Source: Anaerolineales bacterium (GTDB taxonomy: Bacteria; Chloroflexota; Anaerolineae; Anaerolineales; UBA4823). Taken from it: a stretch of DNA of 64,000 nucleotides. How positions within the stretch are numbered: position 1 is the first letter of the stretch; each line of letters begins with the position of its first letter. The DNA is taken from positions 1,272 through 65,271 of the forward strand of contig DATEDC010000067.1 of assembly GCA_035286585.1 (NCBI GenBank), written 5' to 3'. The notes under the pieces are model-generated. The model was not told the origin of the DNA, searched no databases, and saw only the letters and a list, made by a program, of their open reading frames with translations. The translations under genes and the position numbers were made by a program. This document shows positions 28,514 through 36,539 of the stretch, piece by piece.

Positions 28514-28882
28514 ATGTCGCTCGCCCCAATTCACGCCGGCCTGGCAACTACCGTGCTGTATTATTTCCTCATCCTGGCCCTATGGGGGCTGTGGCGCTTC
28601 GTCCGCAAACAGGGCATCGACAGCAGTTTCTGGGGCATGCTGGTCATCGCCGAGGTGCTGGTCCTCGTGCAGGGCGGTCTGGGGGTTGCCCTCTGGCTGA
28701 GCGGGGGCCCACCTGGCCGCGGCTGGATACACGTGCTGTACGGCGTGGTCAGCGTGCTGACGCTGCCGGCAATTTTCGCCTATACCCAGGGGAACCAAGA
28801 TCGCCGAGCAATGCTGATTTACGGGGTGGCTTTGCTGTTTCTGGTCGGGATCACCCTGCGAGCCATGGGGACGGGTGTTTGA
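28514..28882 (+). CDS. Small 4-TM membrane protein, unknown function
   Basis: GAGGAGG RBS 5 nt before the ATG at 28514; four hydrophobic helices; divergent from the bc operon. Confidence 0.55.
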   Translation: MSLAPIHAGLATTVLYYFLILALWGLWRFVRKQGIDSSFWGMLVIAEVLVLVQGGLGVALWLSGGPPGRGWIHVLYGVVSVLTLPAIFAYTQGNQDRRAMLIYGVALLFLVGITLRAMGTGV

Positions 28883-28886
28883 GCGT

Positions 28887-29915
28887 TTAAGCCATTCTCA
28901 ACACCTTCGCTCCGCGAATCTCCCTGTTCTTGAGTTCAACCAGCGCCTGATTGGCCTCTGATAAGGCATATTCCTGAATTTCGGGCCTGATATCCATTTC
29001 AGCCGCCAGCGCCAGGAACTCGCTCACGTCTCGGCGCGTGACATTGGCGACGCTCTTAATTTCCTTCTCCAGCCACAGATGAGCGGGATAGTCTAAGCGC
29101 AGCAGGTTGGCCTTATCCCCCTCTTCTTTGCGAATCGCGTTGATGACCAGTCTGCCGCCAGGCTCCAGGTTCTTCAAAGCTTCAACCACCGGTTTCCACA
29201 CCGGCGTGGTGTCGATGATCGCCCTCAGCTTTTCCGGCGATTCTTCCGCTGTATCCCCGGCCCAGACTGCGCCGAGCTGCTCAGCAAACGCCCTCTCCCG
29301 CGCGCTCCTGGCGAAGACAAAAACTTTTGCCTGCGGGTAGCGATATCTCACCGTCTTCAGAACCAGGTGACCCGAGGCGCCAAATCCGGTCAGGCCCAGA
29401 TTCTGCCCATCCTCGAGGCCGGTCAATCTCAAGGCTCGATATCCAACCGCGCCGGCGCACAACAGAGGCGCCGCCTCGGCATCGGTATAGACCTCCGGAA
29501 TGCGATACGCGAAGCCCTGGGGGACGGTCATATATTCGGCATAGCCGCCAGGGACGTCCCTGCCCGTGGCTTGAAAGTCCTGGCAGAGGTTCTCCTCACC
29601 CGCCAGGCAGAACTTGCAGACGCCGCAAGCTGAGTAAATCCAGGCGATGCCAACCCGCTCTCCGATTTGGAAACTGCTGGTTTCACCCCAGGCGGCTTCG
29701 ATCCGCCCCACGACCTGATGACCCGGCACGATGGGCAAATGCGGCGGGGGTGTGCGCCCCTCGATCTCATCCAGCTCGGTGTGGCAAACCCCGCAGGCTG
29801 TGACCCTCACCAGAATCTCCCCCTCCGCCGGGACAGGATCGGGTAGCTGTACCAGCTCCAGCGGGCGTGGATTATCTTCCAGGCTGCCGAGCTCCTTCAA
29901 TACCATGGCTTTCAT
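28887..29915 (-). CDS. Zinc-dependent alcohol dehydrogenase (MDR family)
   Basis: CGVCHTELDE catalytic Zn motif, structural Zn Cys cluster (CGVCKFCLAGEENLC), GFGASGH nucleotide-binding fold. Confidence 0.9.
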   Translation of the reverse strand: MKAMVLKELGSLEDNPRPLELVQLPDPVPAEGEILVRVTACGVCHTELDEIEGRTPPPHLPIVPGHQVVGRIEAAWGETSSFQIGERVGIAWIYSACGVCKFCLAGEENLCQDFQATGRDVPGGYAEYMTVPQGFAYRIPEVYTDAEAAPLLCAGAVGYRALRLTGLEDGQNLGLTGFGASGHLVLKTVRYRYPQAKVFVFARSARERAFAEQLGAVWAGDTAEESPEKLRAIIDTTPVWKPVVEALKNLEPGGRLVINAIRKEEGDKANLLRLDYPAHLWLEKEIKSVANVTRRDVSEFLALAAEMDIRPEIQEYALSEANQALVELKNREIRGAKVLRMA

Positions 29916-29948
29916 ATGCGCTAATCCTTACCTTCCGCCCTCGCGATG

Positions 29949-29964
29949 GGGGACAATTGTCCCC
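29949..29964. promoter_or_regulatory. Perfect 16-bp palindrome GGGGACAATTGTCCCC upstream of adh
   Basis: Read directly; 34 nt upstream of the adh ATG, just 5' of its GGAAGG RBS. Operator function is inferred only. Confidence 0.35.
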
Positions 29965-30391
29965 GCCAGCAAAGGCACAAACGTTCGAGCTGGCGAAACT
30001 TCTCTTCTCGCCTGTTTCAACAAACACTTTGATGGTTTTCATAACAAAACTCGGGGATTAATTTTACTGCACAACTTACCTGTAGCATCTCTGCGATTGA
30101 TATACCTCTGTGTGGTTGTAGGGACTCTCCAATTCGGGCCAGCTCAGCGGCGCCTCTGCCAGCGCGCCATGCGGTATCGCGGGTCTAGCAGTTCCATTCC
30201 AGCAAGAAACGTATTCATAATTACACCTTAACCAGGAGTGCATAGACAGCGGATATCGAATTTGCTAAACTCATACTTACCCGCGTCGCTGAATGCAAAG
30301 CTACCTTTACGCTCCATCATCTGCACTCTCAAACCTGAAGGAGGAGCCTGTTTTTTGCTCATTTTGGTCGGGTCGGAGAAAGGAGCTCTTA

Positions 30392-30616
30392 ATGAATAAA
30401 CCGATTGAATTTTGTCCGAACTGCAATGGCGGGCGAGAGTTTGATCTTTCTCTCGGTCTGATTACATTTAACAATCCCGAGGAAAACGAGGATATCCTCC
30501 TTTATCATTATCATTGCGCCTCGTGCAACACGTACCTGCGAACCACGACCGTCGATTACGAAGAGTATATCAAACCCAACGAGTTTGCAGTGGTTTCCGT
30601 CCCTGAATATATCTAG
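30392..30616 (+). CDS. 74-aa zinc-ribbon protein, unknown function
   Basis: GAGAAAGGAG RBS. CPNC...CASC pair of CxxC knuckles. Lies in the AT-richer islet. Confidence 0.55.
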   Translation: MNKPIEFCPNCNGGREFDLSLGLITFNNPEENEDILLYHYHCASCNTYLRTTTVDYEEYIKPNEFAVVSVPEYI

Positions 30617-31190
30617 TTTCGCCTGTAATGGGATGGAAATTATCGTGGCGCATCCAGATCGCAGCCTTCGCCAGGCACGAGTGAGATTTAACGCTTCAAC
30701 AACCTCCCCCCTAGCAGGTACACCAGGGCATGGTGAACGAGGGAAACCAGCGCCAGAGCCCAGGCGAGAGCAGGTGCCCGGTAGTGTACTTCGAAAACAT
30801 AGAGCAGCTCTATTATACGGTCGTTACGTTGTTCTGGTGCCTTCAATTGGGAAGGCTTCCAGTTCTGCCCACTCACGAAAGCGGAACGGTAGCGTCTGGG
30901 TGGTATTTCCCTGGGGAATTTCGGCCACACCGTAGCCGGGTAAGTTATATCGCCTGACGGTCCACCTGGTTCTGGCCAGACTAACCTCACAATCCGATCA
31001 ACCCTTCTTAGCAGAAACCCTAAAGATGTCCGGCTAATTCTTTTCCCAGCGATAGCCGATAATTGCATAATCCACGCCGAACTTTCGATAAATCACTTAT
31101 CGCTATACAATTATTGGATAAATTGTATCAGGATTTCCACCAATCCGAACGGGGGCCGACTGATTAAAGCGAAGTGCGCTGAAGCCAGGA

Positions 31191-31466
31191 TTATCTCGTG
31201 CTGTCGTCTTCGGACTCGATTGCTCGCCAAAAATCCTCGTGTTTGATGCCCTTGCCTTCTCGGATTTGCCTTTCGGCAAGCTCAACGATGCTTCTATACT
31301 TGGGTGAATGAGCGATTAAGAGCCGCTCGATTTCGTCCTCGTCGGTGATCGCTAAAAGCGCCGCCACCGGTTTACCATTTTTGGTGACGACAACTGGACC
31401 CTGTTCGCTGGCCTTTAAATAGCCGCTAAACTTCGCTTTGATCTCTGCAACAGATGCAATTCTCAT
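31191..31466 (-). CDS. Type II antitoxin, Phd/YefM family
   Basis: MRIASVAEIKAKFSGYLKASEQGPVVVTKNGKPVAALLAITDEDEIERL is the canonical Phd/YefM N-terminal fold sequence. Confidence 0.85.
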   Translation of the reverse strand: MRIASVAEIKAKFSGYLKASEQGPVVVTKNGKPVAALLAITDEDEIERLLIAHSPKYRSIVELAERQIREGKGIKHEDFWRAIESEDDSTR

Positions 31467-31588
31467 ATTTATACCTCCTCTCCACCGATATAGAGACGAT
31501 TGCCGATCTTTTCACCGCTCCCCAATAAGATAACCTATTGGTGGTCATAATCTATCCTGTAGAAAAACCGAAGGGGGCTTAAAAACAG

Positions 31589-31675
31589 CGGAGAGGGCGG
31601 GATTTGAACCCGCGGAGCCTTGCGGCTCACGCGCTCTCCAGGCGCGCGCGTTAGGCCAGACTACGCAACCTCTCC
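31589..31675 (-). tRNA. tRNA-Ser (anticodon GGA)
   Basis: The reverse complement folds as a cloverleaf: acceptor GGAGAGG/CCUCUCC, D arm GCGU/ACGC, anticodon stem CGCGC/GCGCG with loop CUGGAGA, 16-nt variable arm, T arm GCGGG-UUCAAAU-CCCGC, discriminator G. CCA is not encoded. Confidence 0.95.
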
Positions 31676-31737
31676 AATGATTCCAGGCAGATTTCACCCC
31701 GCCGGCGACGGGATTATACCATACGCAAACCGGGGGA

Positions 31738-31875
31738 TCACAGGCGGCGCTTCTCGAAAATATACAGCGCCTCGTCCCAATCGCGCTGGTAGCCAGCGGC
31801 TTGCAGCGTCGTTTGGATCAGGGCGTGCAGCGGCGCAAACCAGGCGGTAGAGTGTCTCGGGTTGGAGGGGGTCAT
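31738..31875 (-). CDS. Possible 45-aa ORF or gene fragment (MTPSNPRHSTAWFAPLHALIQTTLQAAGYQRDWDEALYIFEKRRL)
   Basis: Below the track length cut-off. GC-rich third codon positions like the host genes, unlike the overlapping 63-aa track ORF. No RBS seen and no recognised family. Confidence 0.25.
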   Translation of the reverse strand: MTPSNPRHSTAWFAPLHALIQTTLQAAGYQRDWDEALYIFEKRRL

Positions 31876-31904
31876 CCATAGACATAGGTACACCAATTGG
31901 GATG

Positions 31905-31989
31905 AGACCTGACGGGTTTTCTTCTCGCTTCCTGACCGAATAATTGATGATAATCCCGCTTACCGTCGGAATCTAAACCCGTCAGGTCT
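31905..31989. repeat. Perfect 15-bp inverted repeat (AGACCTGACGGGTTT / AAACCCGTCAGGTCT) with a 55-nt spacer
   Basis: Arms at 31905-31919 and 31975-31989, read directly. Right arm ends 11 nt before the GH1 stop codon position. Confidence 0.9.
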
Positions 31990-32000
31990 GCGTGTGTTTC

Positions 32001-33332
32001 TTAAGCATTCGGGAACATGTCTGGGAAGAGCTCGGGGGCGAAGCGGGCGACCATCTCCGAGGAGATGCCGTTGGTCTGGCAGATCTCGGCGTACAGGTCG
32101 GCGCTGGGCCTTTTGCGGCGGGCTTGCGTGTCCACATCCAGCTCCCACAGGCCGAAGCGCTGGGTCCAGCCTCGCTCCCATTCGAAGTTATCCACCAGGG
32201 TCCAGTGGTAGTAGCCTTTGACCGGAAAATTAAAATTGACCGCCCTCCACAACTGGTGCAGGTGCTGGATGATATAGCGCCGCCGCAGGCTGTCGCCGGC
32301 ATCTTCCACGCCGTTCTCGGTGATCATGATCGGGATGCTGAACTGCAAGCCCCATTTGACCGCCTCGAACAGGCCGCGCGGCTCGTTGGCGATAAAGCCC
32401 GTGCTGCTCAGCTCGGCGTCAGCGCGATAGAAACGCCTGCCGAACAGATCGCCGGGTTTAAACGGGCTGAAGGCGACGAACTCGCGGGTGTAATAATTGA
32501 TCCCCAGGAAATCCTGGGTACCCCTGGCCTCCGGCAGGTTCACCCGCAGGTTTAATAATCGCAGCTTGCCGGAGTGCAGCGCCCGGGGAAAGAATTCGTT
32601 GAACGCGCCAGACTGGAGATAAGTCACCAGCCGGTCGAGCGGGGACCAGTCTCTGGCAGAGCGCATCGGACGATGATTGTGCGCCAACCCCACGCGGGCG
32701 GTGGGCTGCAGGCTGTGAATCAGCTTATAGGCGGCTGCGTGGGCGCGCACCTGGTTCACCATGACACGCATGGCAGTCCTGATGTCCTTCTTCCCAGGGG
32801 CAAATTCACCCAGCACGTAACTGGCGGTGGCATACACATTGGGCTCGTTGATCGTCACCCACAGGTTGACGTATTCTTTCAACGCCTCCACCACCTTGCG
32901 CACATAGGCGGCGAAGTAATCCACCACGGCTGCGTTCTCCCAGCCGCCTTTCTCCATCAGCCAGAGCGGGTCGCTGAAATGGTGCAGGGTCACCATGGGC
33001 AGCAAATTGCGCTCGTGCAGACCGCGGATCATCTGCCGGTAGTAGTCGAGGGCAGCCTCATCCCAACGGTCAGGGGTAGGCTGGAGGCGCGACCATTCAA
33101 TGGAAAGACGGTGAGTGTTCTGCCCGGCATCCGCCGCCCGATCGAAGTCCTCGCGCCAGCGCCCGCCCCACCAGTCGCAGGCCAGTCCCGATTTGTGACC
33201 CTGCTTGATGCGGCCCGGCTCCTGCTCCCAGGCCCACCAGTTGTTGTTGGTGTTGTTCCCCTCAACCTGGTGGGAGGAAGTGGCGGTGCCCCATAAAAAA
33301 CCGCGCGGGAAGTGAAAGGTTGCTTGAGCCAT
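32001..33332 (-). CDS. GH1 family beta-glucosidase
   Basis: FLWGTATSSHQVEG, acid/base TINEPN, nucleophile ITENG, WSL-type C-terminus (HWTLVDNFEW). Confidence 0.95.
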   Translation of the reverse strand: MAQATFHFPRGFLWGTATSSHQVEGNNTNNNWWAWEQEPGRIKQGHKSGLACDWWGGRWREDFDRAADAGQNTHRLSIEWSRLQPTPDRWDEAALDYYRQMIRGLHERNLLPMVTLHHFSDPLWLMEKGGWENAAVVDYFAAYVRKVVEALKEYVNLWVTINEPNVYATASYVLGEFAPGKKDIRTAMRVMVNQVRAHAAAYKLIHSLQPTARVGLAHNHRPMRSARDWSPLDRLVTYLQSGAFNEFFPRALHSGKLRLLNLRVNLPEARGTQDFLGINYYTREFVAFSPFKPGDLFGRRFYRADAELSSTGFIANEPRGLFEAVKWGLQFSIPIMITENGVEDAGDSLRRRYIIQHLHQLWRAVNFNFPVKGYYHWTLVDNFEWERGWTQRFGLWELDVDTQARRKRPSADLYAEICQTNGISSEMVARFAPELFPDMFPNA

Positions 33333-33353
33333 GATTTCTCCCTTGAATTTGTA

Positions 33354-33432
33354 GGAAGGTTGAAACCTGTGCTACGCTTTTGACAGGTTGAAACCTGTGC
33401 TACGCTGTGACAGGTTGAAACCTGTGCTACGG
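33354..33432. repeat. Three tandem copies (period 27-28 bp) of AGGTTGAAACCTGTGCTACG with palindromic core ACAGGTT-GA-AACCTGT
   Basis: Copies start at 33357, 33385 and 33412. Copies 2 and 3 contain a perfect 16-bp palindrome (33383-33398, 33410-33425); copy 1 keeps AGGTTGAAACCT. Confidence 0.9.
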
Positions 33433-33446
33433 GTGTGGCAAGGTCA

Positions 33447-33475
33447 ATTTTAGCTGGCGAAGGGTTTTTTGGCAA
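33447..33475 (-). promoter_or_regulatory. Sigma70-type promoter for the GH1 gene, TTGCCA-17 nt-TAAAAT
   Basis: Minus strand TTGCCA 33475-33470 and TAAAAT 33452-33447. The repeat array lies between this promoter and the AGGGAG RBS. Confidence 0.6.
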
Positions 33476-33758
33476 ATGGAGCAGAGAAAATAGCCTATAG
33501 ATTAACGCAGTGGTTCAGGATGGGTTCAGTACAGGCCGAGGACAGGCGATATGGTGAAATACATAGATGCGGGAAGATAGTTGTCAACCTGTAATGGCGC
33601 ACTTCGTTGTATACTTGTGTTGGGGCGGGCCTGATCTGGCGGGAAGCGCTGGTTGAGGATCGCCGTGGTTGACCTGAAAAGAATATAACGAGAGGCGAGC
33701 ATCATCATTCGCCTGACAGTGGTAAAAAACCGTCAGGCATAACGGAAAGGATAACAAT

Positions 33759-34895
33759 ATGACCTCCGAAGCATTCATCATCTCGGCGGTGAGAACCGCG
33801 GTTGGGGTGGGTAAAGCGAACGGCAGCCTGGCCGGCATCACCCCGCTCAACTTGAGCGCCATGGTGCTGCAGGCGGCGGTAGAACGGGCCGGGATCGAGC
33901 CAGCCCTGGTGGAAGACGTGGTGTGGGGCTGCGTCACCCCGATCGGCGAACAGGGGGCGAACCTGGGCCGGTTGGCCGCGCTCAAGGCCGGTTTTCCGGT
34001 GCATGTGCCGGCCGTCACGCTGAACCGCATGTGCGGCTCCAGCCAGCAAGCGGTGCACTTTGCCGCCCAGGCGATCCTGGCGGGGGATATGGATATCGTC
34101 ATCGCCGGGGGGACCGAGATGCTCTCCCGGCAGCCGATTGGCAGCGACTGGCCCAATCGATGGCCAGATGATTTTCCTTATCCGTTGGTGCACCAGGGGC
34201 TCAGCGCCGAGCTGATGGCGGAAAAATGGTCACTCCAGCGGGAGCAACTGGACGATTACGCCTATCAAAGCCACCTGCGCGCCATGCGGGCTATCCAGGC
34301 CGGGCGCTTCGACAGCCAGATCACGCCGGTAGAGCTGCCCGATGGCCGGGTCTTCTGCCAGGACGAAGGCGTGCGCATACCGCCCAACCGGGAGAAAATG
34401 GCCCTCCTGAAACCCGTTTTTAAGGAAGACGGCGTGATTACAGCGGGGAACTCGAGCCAGATCAGCGATGGCTCGGCTGCGCTGGTGCTGGCTTCTGCCC
34501 GGGCTGTCGGCCGCCACAACCTGACCCCCATCGCCCGACTGGTTATACGCCAGGTGGTCGGCTCCGACCCGGTACTGATGCTGGATGGGCCGATATCCGC
34601 CACGAAACAGGCTCTCGAAAAGGCCGGCATGCAATTGGAGGACATCGATATCGTTGAAATCAACGAGGCTTTCGCCTCGGTGGTGCTCGCATGGGCAGCG
34701 GAGCTCGAAGCCGACCTGGCGCGGGTCAACCCGAGCGGCGGCGCGATCGCCCACGGCCATCCCCTGGGAGCCACCGGGGCGATATTGATGACCAAGCTGG
34801 TTCACGAAATGGAGCGCCTCAGGGCCAGCTACGGTCTGCAAACCATGTGCATCGGTCACGGCATGGCGACCGCAACGGTGCTCGAAAGGGTATAG
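33759..34895 (+). CDS. Acetyl-CoA C-acetyltransferase (thiolase)
   Basis: Active-site NRMCGSSQQA, NEAFA, C-terminal CIGHGMATA. Confidence 0.9.
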   Translation: MTSEAFIISAVRTAVGVGKANGSLAGITPLNLSAMVLQAAVERAGIEPALVEDVVWGCVTPIGEQGANLGRLAALKAGFPVHVPAVTLNRMCGSSQQAVHFAAQAILAGDMDIVIAGGTEMLSRQPIGSDWPNRWPDDFPYPLVHQGLSAELMAEKWSLQREQLDDYAYQSHLRAMRAIQAGRFDSQITPVELPDGRVFCQDEGVRIPPNREKMALLKPVFKEDGVITAGNSSQISDGSAALVLASARAVGRHNLTPIARLVIRQVVGSDPVLMLDGPISATKQALEKAGMQLEDIDIVEINEAFASVVLAWAAELEADLARVNPSGGAIAHGHPLGATGAILMTKLVHEMERLRASYGLQTMCIGHGMATATVLERV

Positions 34896-34919
34896 CTGTT
34901 CTGCAGCGTACAATTGCCG

Positions 34920-35417
34920 ATGAGTCACACCGTATTTATCGCCCTGGGCTCCAATCTGGGTGACCGCCACGCAAATCTGCATGCCGCCATCGAAGCCCTT
35001 CCGCCGGCCGTGGAGGTGCAGCGCATATCGCCCATTTACGAAACGGAACCCTGGGGTTACCGGGAACAGCCGAAATTCCTGAACATGGTCCTGCAGGGCG
35101 AAACCGAGTTATCCCCCAGAGAACTGATTGCAGCCCTGAAGAACCTGGAGGCGCTCCTGGGGCGGCAGGCTACATTTAAAAATGGTCCACGGGTGATCGA
35201 CCTGGACCTGATTTTCTACGACAATCTGGTGCTGGAAGAGGCAGGGCTGACCATCCCGCATCCCGGGCTGGCTGAACGGGCTTTCGTGCTCGTCCCGCTT
35301 GCCGACCTGGCGGCGGACAAAGTACACCCGGAGCGCAAGCAAACGGTGAAAGAGCTGCTGCAAGGGGTGGATACCCAGGGCGTGCGGGCGTTCGTGAAAC
35401 ACGAGCAGCAGGGTTGA
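34920..35417 (+). CDS. folK: 2-amino-4-hydroxy-6-hydroxymethyldihydropteridine diphosphokinase
   Basis: VFIALGSNLGDR, SPIYETEPWGY, GPRVIDLDLI, IPHP motifs. Confidence 0.9.
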   Translation: MSHTVFIALGSNLGDRHANLHAAIEALPPAVEVQRISPIYETEPWGYREQPKFLNMVLQGETELSPRELIAALKNLEALLGRQATFKNGPRVIDLDLIFYDNLVLEEAGLTIPHPGLAERAFVLVPLADLAADKVHPERKQTVKELLQGVDTQGVRAFVKHEQQG

Positions 35418-35438
35418 CCAGCTATTAAAAGCGGTCAT

Positions 35439-36431
35439 ATGGTAGCTTCTCGCATGGATAGCCCAAAAAGCGCCAGCCAAACCACGATCAACCGCTTGCT
35501 GAATTCCAGCGAGCCTTCAATCCGCTATAAAACGCTGGTCCACCTGTCAGGCCGGCAGGCAGACGCCGCCAGGTTGAACGCCATGCAGGAGGCCATCCGG
35601 GATTCTCAGCGGGTACAAACGCTGCTCGCCGAGAGGGACGCGCGGGGAGAAATCCCGCGCCACCCGTACGCCAAGTGGCGCGGGGCGCACTGGGTGCTGA
35701 ACTGCCTGGCAGAGATCGGCTACCCGCCGGGAGACCGCACGCTGATGCCGCTCCTGGAACAGGTTTATCGCTGGCTGCTGGGCTCCCAGCACCTGCGCGG
35801 CATCAAGACGATCGCCGGTCGAACCCGCCGCTGCGCCTCGCAAGAGGGCAACGCCGTGTATTACGCTCTCACCCTGGGCTTGGAAGACGAGAGGACAGAG
35901 ATACTGGTAAAGCGCCTGATACAATGGCAGTGGCCGGATGGTGGCTGGAACTGCGACAAAAACCCGGCGGCGGTAAACTCATCGTTCCACGAAAGCCTGA
36001 TCCCGATGCGCGCCCTGGCCCTGTTCGGGCGCAGGCTGGGCGACAGCCAGGCTCTCCAGGCTGCGGAGCGGGCGGCGGAAATCTTTTTAAAGCGGGAACT
36101 GTTCAAGCGGCAGAAAGATGGAGCGGTGATTCACCCGGATTTCGTCCTGCTGCACTACCCGTATTATTGGCGGTATAACATCCTGTCCGCTTTGATCGCC
36201 ATGGGCGAGATGGATATGCTGTCGGACCCGCGCTGCGCCTCTGGCATAGAGCTGCTGCAAGCCAAGCGACTGCCGGAGGGAGGCTTCCCGGCGGAGAAGA
36301 AATATTACCGGGTCTCGACCAGCGCCCAAAGCGGGGCTTCAGCAGTGGATTGGGGGCCCACATCGCCCCATAAGATGAATGAGTTCGTAACTGTGGACGC
36401 GCTGCGTGCGCTGGAGGCGGCGGGGCGCTGA
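35439..36431 (+). CDS. Hypothetical protein, possibly alpha/alpha-toroid (prenyltransferase/terpene-cyclase-like repeats)
   Basis: 330 aa. QWQWPDGGWNC and LPEGGFPA resemble QW-type repeats. No firm family assignment is possible by eye. Confidence 0.55.
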   Translation: MVASRMDSPKSASQTTINRLLNSSEPSIRYKTLVHLSGRQADAARLNAMQEAIRDSQRVQTLLAERDARGEIPRHPYAKWRGAHWVLNCLAEIGYPPGDRTLMPLLEQVYRWLLGSQHLRGIKTIAGRTRRCASQEGNAVYYALTLGLEDERTEILVKRLIQWQWPDGGWNCDKNPAAVNSSFHESLIPMRALALFGRRLGDSQALQAAERAAEIFLKRELFKRQKDGAVIHPDFVLLHYPYYWRYNILSALIAMGEMDMLSDPRCASGIELLQAKRLPEGGFPAEKKYYRVSTSAQSGASAVDWGPTSPHKMNEFVTVDALRALEAAGR

Positions 36432-36499
36432 GATGCGTTGTGAACTTAGAAGGTTTGATGGCGCCGTGCTTATTAAAGCTGATAAAATCCTTATCTATA

Positions 36500-36524
36500 G
36501 TAACTTCAACCAACACCTGACGTT
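36500..36524 (+). promoter_or_regulatory. ECF-type promoter-like motif GTAAC-N16-CGTT
   Basis: GTAAC 36500-36504 and CGTT 36521-36524, 15 nt before the GTG start of the sigma gene. The same motif and geometry occur upstream of the paralogous sigma gene at 52202-52226. Confidence 0.5.
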
Positions 36525-36539
36525 CTTCAGGGTGGTAGT

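Noticed and set aside
29731-30231. 166-aa plus-strand ORF spanning the adh start and the islet
   Set aside because: It is antisense to the adh N-terminus for a third of its length and has no RBS or motifs. The remaining part lies in low-complexity AT-rich DNA.
30688-31068. 126-aa ORF as the toxin partner of the Phd/YefM antitoxin
   Set aside because: It starts 120 nt after the antitoxin stop with no RBS, is rich in rare Arg codons, and has no RelE/ParE/Doc/PIN-like motifs. It is kept only as a remote possibility in the orphan-antitoxin finding.
31589-31620. Direct repeat of the tRNA-Ser 3' end marking an att site
   Set aside because: I searched by eye between 29916 and 31560 for GATTTGAACCCGC-like sequence and found none. 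The island boundary therefore remains hypothetical.
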